A DNA stretch of 63,707 bases, filler included, from Octopus bimaculoides (Eukaryota), in NCBI RefSeq assembly GCF_001194135.2. It is 6 parts of 5 records of this genome, joined end to end, with 100 filler letters (N's around TTAATTAATTAA, not from the genome) between each part and the next. Parts side by side here need not be neighbours in the genome. Positions count along the whole stretch, not along the records: positions 22,603 to 47,232 come from NC_068982.1; positions 47,333 to 55,012 come from NC_068981.1; 4 more parts are not named here. One strand, written 5' to 3'. A program made the translations under genes and the position numbers. The stretch's first letter is position 1. Each line of letters begins with the position of its first letter. This document shows positions 35,100 through 48,534 of the stretch, piece by piece. Under the pieces are notes generated by a model, which saw nothing but the letters and a program-made list of their open reading frames with translations, had not been told where the DNA came from and did not search any database.

Positions 35100-35690
35100 T
35101 TCTTTGTTACCTGCTCCCACTCTCTCTTTCATACGTACCTCCTCCTCTTTTCCTCCCTCACATATTTTCCTCCCTTTCCAGCTCCTCTCTTTCTCCTTTT
35201 ATATCACTTTACACCTACCTCTTTCCCTCTCTCTTCCATATCTTCCTCTTTTCCTCATCTCTCTCCCTCCATTTCATATCTTCCTCCTTTTCTCACTTCT
35301 CCTTCCCATTCTTTGTCTCTCTCTCAACATCTGCCTTTCTTCCTGTCACCTCACCCTCTCCCTCATACTTCTCATTTTGCCCCTCTTCTCACATCCTTCA
35401 TCCTTTCCTGTCTCTCCCTCACTCTGTCTCCCTCTCTCTTCCCATCCTCTCCCTCCCTCTGTTTCTCTTTCTCTACTCCTCCTCTCCTTTACTCTGTCTC
35501 TATTTCTCCTCCCCTCCTCTCCCTCACTCTGTCTTTCTTTCTCTCCTCTACTTCCCTGTCTCGCTAACACTCCACACCATCTCTCTTTTTTTCTTCATAT
35601 CACCCTCTCTCTTTCCTTCATATTACCCTCTCTCTTTCCCTATTCCATCCCTCTGTCTCTCAGTTCCTGTCTGTCCTCTACTCCCACTCT
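35100..35690. repeat. About 600-bp polypyrimidine/polypurine low-complexity tract
   Basis: Almost only C and T on the plus strand. It explains the L/S/F/P-rich ORFs. Confidence 0.9.
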
Positions 35691-35699
35691 TGGCTGAAA

Positions 35700-38600
35700 A
35701 ACCGAAGATGGCACCAAAGTGGGAGAAGAAAGAATTGAATCTTGTGTTGCGAGTATGGATGATTGCTAGTGGTGATCCACCAAACAACAGCATCACTGCT
35801 GCACTGAGAAACAATAGCTTTTGTAGAACCATTGATGAGATAGAGCGGAAGAAATATGAATTCATCTGATTCTATATGCTTATCAGACAACACATTGACA
35901 CTCTGGATGTCGTAATGGAAAATTATTGTGGTAAGGCTGATAAGGATAGAGAAAAGAAAACAAAACCCAGAAGTCTCTTTGATCCAGTGGTTCCTCAAAA
36001 GAATGGATCACCCACCCCTGTGAACTACCAGGCAGGAAAGGATGCGGGAGCCAAGGAAGCAACAACCAGATAACCCTCTGTGCCAGTGGTCCTACAAAGA
36101 GATGGAGGCCTCACCCCATTGGACAACCAGAAATACCCAAAGCCGAAACCCCAACCCACCAAACAAAAAACAGAAAACCCCATGGAGGATCCAATGCAAT
36201 CCAAAACGCTAGAGAAGAGAAGAAATTTGGAGGGCACTCAAGGACCTGCAAATATAAACTGAAAGGCAAATGTTGGCATGGGGAAGTCACCAAAAACTGC
36301 CAGTTTGCTAACCTGAGACCCCGCCAAAACTACAGGGGCCTTTAGGAGAAAACCTTCCCTGAGAAAAGATAAAACTGTCCCCAAGGAAAAAATATAGAAA
36401 AGAAGTGTGCTCTTCAGAGGTTATGCGCAAGACAGCAGCTGAGCAAGAGTCTTTTTTGTGCATGGCACAAAAGATTGTGCTGCAGCTGACCTGGCTACAC
36501 CAAGCGCAAACAAGGAACCTTGCATACGACTGCGCAAGACCACCACAGTCAACAGACACGGGATGGCCTCCCTTAATACCTGCTCAGTCGGATTCAGAAG
36601 TACACGTACCTAAATATGCCATACTGCGAACAGACAGAAGGGAAAGGAGCCATGGTAGAGTTGCTGTATACATCTGTGACTACCTTACACCCTAGGTCTT
36701 ACTATCATACCCAAATTCGGTATGTGACACTCTAATTGTATACATAAGACAACACAGTATAGTCATATGCAATACATATTGCCCACCGGATGCTCCAAGA
36801 ATTAAAGAAATCCTCATGCAACTGAAACACGTGAGCATATTTCTTATGGGTGATTTCAACTTCTCCAATGTCAAATGGCCTGAAGGATTCCTGCTCTCAG
36901 GAATGACTCATTGCAAACAAGCACTGGTGGAGTCCCTGCTCATCCTCACCAATGCCCTATTCATGGAGCAAGTTGTACTCAGACCAACTAGGGCAAATAA
37001 CATTTTGGATCTCTGCTTCATGAACAATATAGACATCATTCATGATGTGAAAGTGACGCCGACATTAGTCTCGGATCACAACATAATAGAGCTGTCTATG
37101 TTTGAGCTGAAAGTAACCAGAGACAACTTCCACAAAGCAGACTGGAAATCGATCCAGAAAGAGATCCTCAGAGAGGATTGGCCAAAATGTCTCTCCACAC
37201 CAGACATTAGCATGAAACTAGGATATTTCATGTCTGTTGTACAAGCCATATGCCAGAAATATGTCCCAGAGCACAACACTACAACAAATAGGAACAAGAT
37301 TCCAAGAGAGGGGAAGATTCCATGAGACGATGGACGAAGATTGCAAATCATCTCAACCAGCATCCCAAAAGTAGCAATAGGTCCTGCCTAAAAACAACAC
37401 TGATAGAGATTGAAAAAGCCTGCAACAATCCTATGTGAGGGAGAGAGCAGACAAAGAAGCCTGGGTTATAAAAAACATTAAGTCAAACTCAAAGGCCTTC
37501 TTTCATTACGCAACAGAAACAGCATCAGTATGCTGCAAGATAGGACCCCTCTTCCAAAAGGATGGCTCCCTCACAGATAGTTTAACCAGGATCAGTGAGG
37601 TACTGAATGATCAGTTCAAAAGTGTCTTTACCACCCCGTTGGGACACAGGAAAGCGAATGAACCAGTGAACTTCTTTGCCGCCTCACCTATAACCAGCGG
37701 GGCAATTACAATGGAATACATCGACATTAGCAAAGAAGATGTACTACTAGCTATAGATGAAGTGGACACAAACTCAACTGCTGGTCCTGATAGTTTCACA
37801 GCAATCCTCCTTAAATCGTGTAAGCATGCCCTGGCAAAACCCCTCCAGATCCTCTTCCAGAGCTTTCTCGCAAATGGCAGACTGCCAAGCAAGCTGAAGG
37901 AGGGAATAATATGCCCAATCCATAAAGGGGGAAGCAGAGCAGATGCCAAAAGCTATAGGTCTATCCACATCAGGAAAGTCGTAGAATGGAACAACAGATG
38001 GAAACTAATCGCATTCCTTGAAGAAAATAACTTTTGACCAGATAGGAGCTGCCTGACACAGCTCATACAACATTATGACTGGTTGTTGAGGCAGTTATTC
38101 AACAACTCAAATGTGGATGTAATATACCTTGATTTTGCAAAAGCTTTTGACAAAGGGGGTCATGGTATGATATGCCACAAACTGCATGATCTAGGAATAG
38201 CTGGAAGACTTGGATAGTGGTTACATGACTTTCTGAAAGATAGAAGTCAGGCAGTATTGGCCAATGGAACCACCTCAATGAAAACACAAATAGTGAGCGG
38301 TGTTCCACAGGGCAGTCTTGGGACCACTGCTTTTCATAGTGGCTCTCTCAGATATGCCCTCAAGTGCCTGGATAGCTATCCTTGCTAGCTACACAGATGA
38401 TACGAAAGTCTCACAGAAAATACAGAACCCCAGCGATGCTGTGCATCTGCAGCAGGTGTTGGACTCAATTTACAGATCGGCTGAGGATAATAATAAGCAG
38501 TTTGATACTTAAAAATTCCAAGCCCTGCGCTACCAGTGTCCAAAACTGAATATGAAACTTACAAGGTACACTGGTCCACAGGGAATTACAATTACAGAGC

Positions 38601-39320
38601 CTAAATCAGTGAGGGACCTGAGTGTAGACATATAGTGAAGATACTTCTTTCTAGGTTGGCGATAAAGTGCAGAAGACTGGTTGGATGGAACCTGAGAACA
38701 TTCAGAACCAGAGATAAGGAAATCTTGATGGTCCTGTCTGGATTACTGCTCCTAGCTATGGTCTCCCAACAGTGTAAAATTAACAGTGGACCTTGAAGCA
38801 ATCCAGACAGAGAAAATTCACAAAGAAGATTGTCTCTTTGCAACAGCTCAGCTACTGAGAAAGGCTGAAACAGCTAAGACTCTACTCCCTGGAGCAAAAG
38901 CAGAAGAGGTATGCAGTAATATCTGGAAGATCCTGGAAGGAATTGTGGCAAAATTTGGCATTGAAAGCTACACCCATGCCAGCACAGGTCGACACTGAAT
39001 AGTGCCAAAAATCCCAGCAATGCCATCATGCTTCAGGACCAGTTACTGCAACAGTCTGGGTTTTAGCGGCCCACAGCTTTTTACTATTCTCCCAAAGAGC
39101 CTGAGGAACCTGCACAAAGTAGATGCAGGCATCTTTAAATCAAAGCTGGACCTCTTCCTGTCCAGAGTCCCAGATGAACCTACCTCATGGCAAGAGGTGC
39201 AAATGAGGGTAGCTACATCAAACTCCATTCTACACCAAGTGCCATATATTCAGTAATAACAGTGTAGCAAAACAGCTGTGAATCAGCATGGCTCCAGCTC
39301 TGACCTGAAACTACAGAGAA
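35700..39320 (+). mobile_element. Near-full-length decayed CR1-group LINE (APE endonuclease plus RT)
   Basis: APE: TWL, DSEVHVPKYAILRTDR, FLMGDFNF, NILDL. RT: LDFAKAFDK, SGVPQG, YTDDTKV. C-terminus CNSLG...KLDLFLSRVPDEP. Many stops and frameshifts. The ORF1 boundary is uncertain. Confidence 0.88.
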
Positions 39321-39576
39321 AAAAAAACATACATATCTGTCTGTCTGTCTGTCTCTCTCTCTTTCAATTACCACTTGCTACCTCCACCACCCTATATAAA
39401 CTAGCGCATGCACTTGGATTCCCCTACTCGATTTTAATACCTCTGCCGAAGAATGCGAATCTCAGAAGATGCTCAGATAAGAAGTTTTTGTCTTTTCAAC
39501 CTCGTTCATCTACTCTTCTATTTCTGCACAGATCATAAACCCTTATTAGTTCTTTTCATTATTCTGTCTATTTCAT

Positions 39577-39671
39577 TACCATGTCATCACATAAATACCA
39601 TGTCATCACATAAATACCATGTCATCACATAAATACCATGTCATCACATAAATACCATGTCATCACATAAA
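39577..39671. repeat. 19-bp minisatellite x5
   Basis: Unit TACCATGTCATCACATAAA, perfect copies. Confidence 0.95.
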
Positions 39672-40544
39672 TATAGTTTCAATAGTTTCGTCTTCCCTGT
39701 TGTTGCCTTAAGATAACCTTAGTTCACGCATTTCCTTAACCGTAACATATTCATTCATTCATTTATTAAAGATTATCACAGTCACTTATTTCTCTAATTT
39801 TGTCTTAGACTGGCTGACTGAAAACTCCCAGATTTTTCAATTCTATTTTACTATTATCGACATTTGCTGTCTTGTTAAATTATGCTACACAAATCCCAAA
39901 AGAATATTTTTCTCCCTCGTGTTCTGACCACTACCCCCTCTCTCTCTGCCTCACTCTGTCTGTCTCTCTCTGCCTCACTCTATCTGTCTGTCTGTCTCTC
40001 TCTTTTGATTACCACTTGCTTCACCAAGACTTACTCCACCACCACCACCACCACCACCCTATATAAAATAGCGCACATATTCATTCCCTTACTCGATTTT
40101 TTAATTCATTTTTTTTTATTTTGTTAATNNNNNNNNNNNNNNNNNNNNNNNNNNNNNNNNNNNNNNNNNNNNNNNNNNNNNNNNNNNNNNNNNNNNNNNN
40201 NNNNNNNNNNNNNNNNNNNNNNNNNNNNNNNNNNNNNNNNNNNNNNNNNNNNNNNNNNNNNNNNNNNNNNNNNNNNNNNNNNNNNNNNNNNNNNNNNNNN
40301 NNNNNNNNNNNNNNNNNNNNNNNNNNNNNNNNNNNNNNNNNNNNNNNNNNNNNNNNNNNNNNNNNNNNNNNNNNNNNNNNNNNNNNNNNNNNNNNNNNNN
40401 NNNNNTTTATGCTATCCCCACTCCTACTTAGGGTTTATCTCTTATGTAAGGTAGTTATCATATAGTGCAAAAATATGATAGTGTAGTCTATGGAGGTTGA
40501 ATCGAAGGTTATTGTTTGTTTATGAATTCTGCCAAATGCACGCT

Positions 40545-43191
40545 TTCTTTTCAGGTACATGACGCTGCTGTCCCCCGTCCCAGGGTCTCACGGGCCCATA
40601 CCTCCCACACCCTCAGGGTTGGCACTCTGGTGAGATTGTTGAGATGTTGATATGTGCTGCCTCCAAGAAGTAAGGTGGAGAGGACATTCTACTTGGTTCC
40701 TCACAGGCAAAGAACACAGGTACAAGATTTTCTGGGCAGAGAACACTGATGGGATTGGGGGCGTGGGTATACTTCTTGCGGAGAAATGCGTTGATAAAGA
40801 AATTGAGGTAATCAGAGTATGCGATAAAATACTGAAGATTAGATTAGTGCTTCATCTTGGCTTAGCAACCATTATCTCAGCCTATGCCCCTCAACCAGGG
40901 CTACTTGATGGACAGAAAGACAGATTTTATGACACCCACTTGCAGACTACCTCTTTGACGAATGACAGGGACCATCTCTTTATGGCTGGTGACTTCAATG
41001 GATATGTTGTACAACATACAAGGGGCTTCCATGGCATACATGGAGGGTACAGTTTTGGTCCCCGCAATGAGGAGGGAACTAGGCTGCTGGAGTTCTGTGA
41101 TGCAAATGATCTTATGGTCTGCAATACTAACTTCAGGAAACCTGCCAGTCACCTAGTCACCTACCATTCTGGCAGACACACTAGCCAAATTGATATATCC
41201 TTGCCTGAAAAAGGGAAAGATGGCTGCTTATAAATGCCAAAACCTTCACAGGCGAAGAATGTACCCCACAACATAGACTGTTAGTTAGCGACTTCGGGAT
41301 CAGGGCTGAGTGGATGCCCATAAGGCGGCCAGCATGGGGGAGAAGGGTTTGGAAGCTTAAAGATCCTGTGAATGGACAGGGATTTAGAGACATTACTCGA
41401 AGCCTTTGACAAAATATAAGGGGATATACCTTCACACGATGTAGAAGACAACTGGAGGTTTCTACGGGATAACCTGCTGAGGACCACTGACCAGATCTGT
41501 GGATGGTGCAAAGTCCCCTCTTGACCCAAAATAACGTGGTGGTGGAACAATGTTGTTGACAGGGTTATTACAGAAATGAAACAGGCTTAGAAGAATTTAG
41601 AAGAATGGTGGTAGCCGGGAAGTGTATCAGACTGCCAGAAGGTAAGCTAGGAGACAGGTTTATTTAGCCAAAGGGGAAGCAGATAAGAAAAAATTTGCCA
41701 AAGACTCGAGGTATTTTGTGTTGCAAGACAGTGTGTAAGACAGAATCGTGATATCATAGTAGAGAAATGTGTCCGCATGGATGATGTTTTACTTGCAATA
41801 AACAAGGCTGCACAGACAGGTTTGGAGACGCTACTATGAAATGTTGCTTAATAAAGAGATTGAATGGGAGAAAGAGAGTCTGCCGAATGTGAACCCAACA
41901 GAGGGACCAGCTATCCGAGTTGACAGTACCTTGTAGATAAAGCAAATAAGAGTATGAAGGCAGGGAAAGCCCTTGGCCCATCAGGAATCACTGCAGAGAT
42001 GCTCAAGATGTCTGGCAGTGTCAGCTATAGCCTAGACACCCGTATTGTTAACCAGGTGATACACGAAGGAGTCATACTCAATGACTGGTGTAGCAGCACC
42101 ATAGCCATCAGCTTAAAGGTGACACTTTAGATACAAATAATTACAAAGGCATCAAGTTGTTAGATCAGGTAATAAAAGTCACGGAGAGGGTCATAGCCCA
42201 ACTAATTAGAGAGAGAGTCAGTTTAGATGAGATGCAGTTTGGGTTCGTGCTAGGGAAAAGCACCACTGATACTATATTTCTGGTAAGACAGCTACAGGAG
42301 AAATATCTAGCCAAAGAGAAACCTCTGTACCTGGCTTTCGTTGATATGGAGAAAGCCTTTGACAGGGTCCCCCTATACCTTATCTGGTGGTCAATGAGGA
42401 AACTAGGGATAGATAAATGGTTAGTGAGAGCTCTACAAGCCATGTACAAGGACGCTGTTACTAAGGTTGGCAATGAGTACAGTGAAGAATTCCAGGTAGA
42501 AGTAGGGGTCCACGAATGTTCAGTCCTGAGCCCCCTCCTATTTATCATAGACCTCCAGGCAATAACACAGGAATTCAAGACAAGATGCCCCTGAGAGTTT
42601 CTCTATGCTGATGACTTTCCTCTAATTGCTGAGTCACTATCAGAACTAGAGGAGAAATTTCAGGTGTGGAAGCAAGGATTAGAATCAATGGGCATTAGAA
42701 TCAACTCAGGTAAAACCAAAGTCCTAACAAGTAGGAAGGCAGACAAAACACAAATCCCTTCAGGTAGATGGCCCTGCTCGATCTGTAGGAAAGGCGTAAA
42801 TAGAAACTCTATAAGATGTACCCAGTGTAAGCTATCGACACATAAGATGTGCAGCAATATTAAAGGAAGGCTAACTAGGAAGTTAGTTTTTGTATGTGGC
42901 AGATGTTCAGGAGCAATAAACACTGAAAATGTGCAGAAAACAACTTCTGTCACATTCCAGGGAGAAAAACTAGACGTTGTTGATAGCTTCCGCTATCTAG
43001 GTAACCAAGTTAGTAGTGGGGGAGGGTGCACTGAAAGTGTAACTGCTAGAATAAGAATAGCCTGTGAAAAGTTCAAAGAGCTCTTCCCTCTGCTGGTGAC
43101 AAAGGCTTCTCGCTCAGGGTACAAGGCAGGCTGTATGACGTATGTGTACAAACAGCCATGCTACATGGCAGTGAAACATGAGCTGTGACTG
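40545..43191 (+). mobile_element. Near-full-length disabled RTE LINE (APE-RT), 3' end lost in a gap
   Basis: CCLQEVRW, GGVGILL, SAYAPQ, MAGDFNG and SQID (APE). QFGF, LAFVDMEKAFDRVP and YADD (RT). Frameshifts and stops. Confidence 0.92.
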
Positions 43192-43291
43192 NNNNNNNNN
43201 NNNNNNNNNNNNNNNNNNNNNNNNNNNNNNNNNNNNNNNNNNNNNNNNNNNNNNNNNNNNNNNNNNNNNNNNNNNNNNNNNNNNNNNNNNN

Positions 43292-44330
43292 ACACCAACC
43301 AGTCTGAGAGTGTAGTGGGTGCTTTTACGTGCCACCGGCACACTCAAATTGGTGTCTTTTACATGCCACCTGCACAGGAGCCAGCCCAGCGGCACTGGCA
43401 ACAATCTCGCTCGAACGTCCTTACACATGCCACCAGCACAAGTGCCCGGGCACCGGTGCCACCACGATTTCGCTTGCCTCAAAACGTCTTCGCAAGTGGA
43501 GTTTCGTGTCCAACGTAGGAAGGTACGCATCCTGGCAGAGGCCTTGGATCTAGGTCTCACTTGGCTTGCCGAGTTTTCTCACGCACAGCATATTTCCAAA
43601 GATCTCGGTCAGAAGCCATTACCTCCGTGAGGCCCAATATTCGAAGGTCATGCCTCAACACCCAATCCCAGGTCTTCCTGGGCCTACCTCTTCCACAGGT
43701 TCCCTCAACTGCTAGGGTGTGGCACTTTTTCACACAGCTATTCTCATCCATTCTTGCTACATGACCATACCAGCGCAGTCGTCTCTCTTGCACACCACAG
43801 CTGATGCTTCTTAGGTTCAACTTTTCTCTCAAGGTACTTACACTCTGTCTAGTATGAACACTAACATTACACTGGCTTCATTCCTTGCGAGTTTACGCAT
43901 GTCCTCAGCAGTCACAGCCCATGATTCACTGACATAAAGCATGGAGGTTCGTACACATGCGTCATACAGTCTGCCTTTTACTCTGAGTGAGAGGCCCTTT
44001 CTCAGCAGCAGAGGTAAGCGCTCTCTGAACTTTGCCCAGGTTATTCTTATTCTAGCAGCTACACTTTCAGCGCCCCCACCCACTACTAACTTGGTCACCA
44101 AGATAGCGGAAGCTATCATCCACTTCTAGATTTACTCCCTGGAATGTGGCAGAAGTTGTTTTCTGCACAATTACAGTGTTTATAGCTCCTGAACATCTGC
44201 TACAAACGAAAACTAACTTCCTAGTTAACGTTCCTTTGATATTGCTGCACCTCTTATGTGTCCATTGCTTGCACTAGGGGCATCTTATAGAGTTTCTACC
44301 CACGCCTTTTCTAAAGATCAAGTAGGGCCA
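43292..44330 (-). mobile_element. 5'-truncated RTE LINE
   Basis: ERRLRWYGHVARM...GRGRPRKTW...REKTRQAK* plus 3'UTR. Confidence 0.9.
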
Positions 44331-44334
44331 TCAT

Positions 44335-44376
<42 letters not shown>

Positions 44377-44397
44377 TTTAATTTATACATATACATC

Positions 44398-47085
44398 ATC
44401 ATCATCATCATCGTTTAACATCCGCTTTCCATGCTAGCATGGGTTGGACGATTTGACTGAGGACTGGTGAAACCGGATGGCAACACCAGGCTCCAATCNN
44501 NNNNNNNNNNNNNNNNNNNNNNNNNNNNNNNNNNNNNNNNNNNNNNNNNNNNNNNNNNNNNNNNNNNNNNNNNNNNNNNNNNNNNNNNNNNNNNNNNNNN
44601 NNNNNNNNNNNNNNNNNNNNNNNNNNNNNNNNNNNNNNNNNNNNNNNNTAAGTGCCACCCGCACAAGAGCCAGTCCAGGGGCACTGGTAACAATCTTGCT
44701 CGAAAATCCTACAAAGGCCAGTCAAGTGGTACTGGCAACAGCCACGCTCAAACTGGTGTATTTTATGTGCCACCCACACAAGAGCCAGTCCAGGGGCACT
44801 GGCAACGATCTCGCTCGAAAATCCTACGAAGGCCAGTCAGGCGGTACTGGCAATGGCCACACTCAAAATGTTGTATTTTATGTGCCACCTGCAGAAGAGC
44901 CAGTCCAGGGGCACTGGCAACGATCTCGCTTGAAAATCCTTACACATGTCACGGGCACAAGTGCCAGAAAGGCAACGCTGGGTACAGGTACTATCCCGAT
45001 TTCACTTTCGCTTGCCCTAATATGTCTTCGCAAGCTGAGTTTCGTGTCCAATGAAGGAGACGACGTTGGCACGGGTGCCAGTCATCGAATTTAGTTCGAT
45101 TTCACATGTCTCGACAAGTCTTCGCAAGCGGAGTTTAGTGTCCAATGTAGGAAACGTACGCATAAGTGGGCTAGCTACACCACTGGCAGAGGCCTTGGAT
45201 TTAGGTCTCACTTGCGTTGCCGGGTCTTCTCACGCACAGTACATTTCCAAAGTTCTTGGTCAGAAGTCATTGCCTCGGTGAGGCCCAATGTTCGAAGGTC
45301 TTGCCTCACCACCTCAGCCCAGGTCTTCCTGGGCCTACCTCTTCCACGGGTTCCCTCAACTGTTAGGGTGTGGCACTTTTTCACGCAGCTATACTCGTCC
45401 ATTCGCACCACATGTCCATACCATCGCAATCGCCTCTCTTGCACACCACAATTGATGCTTCTTATGTTCAGCATTTCTCTGAAGATACTTACACTCTGTC
45501 GGGTATGCACACTGACATTACACATCCAGCGGAGCATACTGGCTTCATTCCTTGCAAGCTTACGCATGTCCTCTGCAGTCACAGGCCATGTTTCACTGCC
45601 ATGGCTGTTCATACACATGCGTCATACAGACTGCCTTTTACTCTGAGTGAGTGTCTCTTTGTCGCTAGCAGAGGTAAGAGCTCTCTGAACTTTGCCCAGG
45701 CTATTCTTATTCTAGCAGCTACACTTTCCGCGCACCCACCCCCACTATTAACTTGGTCACCCAGATAGTGGAAGCTATCAACTACCTCTAGTTTTTCTCC
45801 CTGGAATGAGATAGAAGTTGTTACCTGTTTGTTTACAGTGTTTATTGAACCTGAACATCTGCCACATACAAAAACTAGCTTCCTAGTTAATCTGCCTTTG
45901 ATATTGCTGCACCTCTTATATGTCCATAGCTTGCACTGGGTACATCTTATAGAGTTACTACCTACACCTTTTCTACATATTGAGCAGGGCCATCTATCTG
46001 AAGGGGTTTGTGTTTTATCTACTATCCTGCTCATTAGGATTTTGGTTTTAGCTAGGTTGACTCTAAGGCCCTTCGATTCTAGTCCTTGCTTCCACACCTG
46101 AAACTTTTCCTCTAGTTCTGATAGTCACTCCACAATTAGTGCAAGGTCATCAGCATAGAGGAGCTCCCAGGGGCAACCTGTCTTGAATTTCTCTGTGATC
46201 GCCTGGAGGACTATGATAAATAGGAGGGGGCTGAGGACAGAACCTTGGTGGACCCCTACCTCTACCCGGAATTCATTACTGTACTCATTTCCAACCCTCA
46301 CCTTACTGACAGCATCTCTGTACATGGCTCACACAGCTCTCACTAACCATTCTTCTATCCCTAGTTTCCTCATTGACCACCAGATAAGGGATCGGGGGAC
46401 CCTGTCAAAGGCTTTCTCCATGTCAACGAAAGCCAGGTACAGAGGTTTATACTTGGCTAGGTATTTCTCCTGCAGCTGTCTTATTAGAAATATGGCATCA
46501 GTGGTACTTTTACTTGGCACGAACTCAAACTGCATCTCATCTAAATTGATTCGCTCCCTAATTTGTTGGGCTATGACCTTCTCCGTAACTTTCATAACCT
46601 GATCTAAAAGCTTGATGTCTCTGTAATTATTTGTATCTAAAGCGTCACCTGTACCTTTGTAGCAGTTGACTATGGTGCTGCTACACCAGTGATTGGGTAT
46701 GACTCCGTGTATCATCTGGTTCGTAATATGGGTGACTAGGCTATAGCCGACACTGCCAGATATTTTGAGCATCTCTGCTTTGATTCTTGATGGGCTGGGG
46801 GCTTTCCCTGTCTTCATACTCTTAATTACTTTATCTACCATGGTACTGTCAACTCGGATAGCTGGTCCCTCTGTTGGGTCGACATACGGCAGACTCGCTT
46901 TCTCCCATTCATTCTCATTATTAAGCAATCTATCATAGTGGCATCTCCAGACCTCTTTCTTTGCTGCCTCATTTAGTGCAAGCGTACCACCATCTGTGCG
47001 AACACATTTCTCTCCTACGACATCAATATTCTCTCTACTACAGTGTCTTGCAACACGAAATACCTCAAGTCTTTGGTCCTCACGG
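44398..47085 (-). mobile_element. RTE LINE (linker, RT, C-terminus, 3'UTR with 115-bp repeats, (GAT)n tail)
   Basis: LAFVDMEKAFDRVP, GVHQGSVLSPLLF, ELLYADDLAL and GRGRPRKTW, broken by stops. Tail at 44398-44497. Confidence 0.92.
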
Positions 47086-47116
47086 CGCAGAATATTGGCA
47101 AATCTTTATATATATA

Positions 47117-47180
<64 letters not shown>

Positions 47181-47332
47181 CATATATAAACATATATATA
47201 CATATACATATATATACATATATATATAAATTNNNNNNNNNNNNNNNNNNNNNNNNNNNNNNNNNNNNNNNNNNNNTTAATTAATTAANNNNNNNNNNNN
47301 NNNNNNNNNNNNNNNNNNNNNNNNNNNNNNNN

Positions 47333-47520
47333 ACGCTTTCAGCGCACCCACCTCCACTGCTAATTTGGTCACCAAGATAGCAGAAGCTATCAACCACTTC
47401 TAGTTTTTCTCCCTGGAATGTGGCTGAAATTGTTTTCTGCACATTTCCAGTATTTATAGTTCCAGGACATCTGCTGCAAACAAAAACTAACTTCCTAGTT
47501 AACCTTCCTTTGATATTGCT
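47333..47520 (-). mobile_element. RTE C-terminal fragment
   Basis: Homologous to 45720-45910. Confidence 0.8.
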
Positions 47521-47615
47521 CCTTCAATTGTTACCGTTGATGGTTTTTATTCCCATGCTGGCCACTTGATAAAATCAATATTTTAAATATCGATCTTATC
47601 CTTATTTATATAAAT

Positions 47616-47651
<36 letters not shown>

Positions 47652-48070
47652 CAGATAGACAGACAGACAGATAGACAGACAGACAAGCAGACAGATAGTT
47701 ACAATAGACATTTGGATAGATAGACAGATAGATTAGATTAGATGGGCAAACAGACAGATGAATGATACTTAGATCTGAGAGAGAAAGATGATTATTTTCT
47801 TCCTTTCTCCTGATCTTAACCCCACTCCTTATTCATTTTACAAATTTCCCAACATTTTTATTGATTATCTCCTTGCTTTGGCTATTATCCTCTTTCTCTC
47901 TTTTTCTTCACTACTATTTATTTATTTAGCGTTTCTCTTTTCCACCACTTCTAATCTATTTATTCAGCACATAAATAAGCTGAATGAAAGATTTTTCCAA
48001 ATTGAACACTTCTCCTCTTTTTCATACCACCAATACAATAGATTCCATCTTTGAACCTCTTTTTACTTAC

Positions 48071-48117
48071 TGTTTGCTGGTACACAACACCATCATTTCT
48101 TCAGATGTTGCTCTTTC
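48071..48117 (-). CDS. Coiled-coil gene exon D (ERATSEEMMVLCTSK-Q)
   Basis: Acceptor tttgctttaacattgtcataag| and donor CA|gtaagt. Phase-0 start continues exon C in frame. Read-through would give Q then TAA. Confidence 0.55.
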
Positions 48118-48534
48118 CTTATGACAATGTTAAAGCAAATGTTGACATCTGGTAGACCTGAGTATGACATTATACTGCATCCAATGGGTAGATCCCAGTT
48201 TGAGAGTTCTAAAGCTGCAGGGCACATGGAGTCACTCCTTAATTACCATTACTCGCAGGTCTGTTCTGATTTGGAATGGTAATACCTGTGAGGATCCCAT
48301 CTTTTTTAAAAGGGTAGATTGAGCTTCTTAGCTACAGTGAAAGTAATCAATTTAGGAGAAGGAAAACTCCAAAGTTAATACCCTCTTCCAGCATGCCCTA
48401 AGCATGGAAGAATATGGCTGATTGAAGTATGTGCAATAATGTAGATTCATATTATGGGGGCAACTATCTCTTGTTAGTGTGCATTCTGCCATAGGTGGAG
48501 CTAGTGGAGATGACGATGAGTCTCAATGAAAGCA

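Noticed and set aside
44455-44485. CTGAGGA-CTGGT-GAAAC (also 62344-62360 and 28455-28470 minus) as a hammerhead
   Set aside because: The 5 nt between the boxes cannot form helix II, there is no helix III/UH, and it is simply the antisense of the RTE tail.
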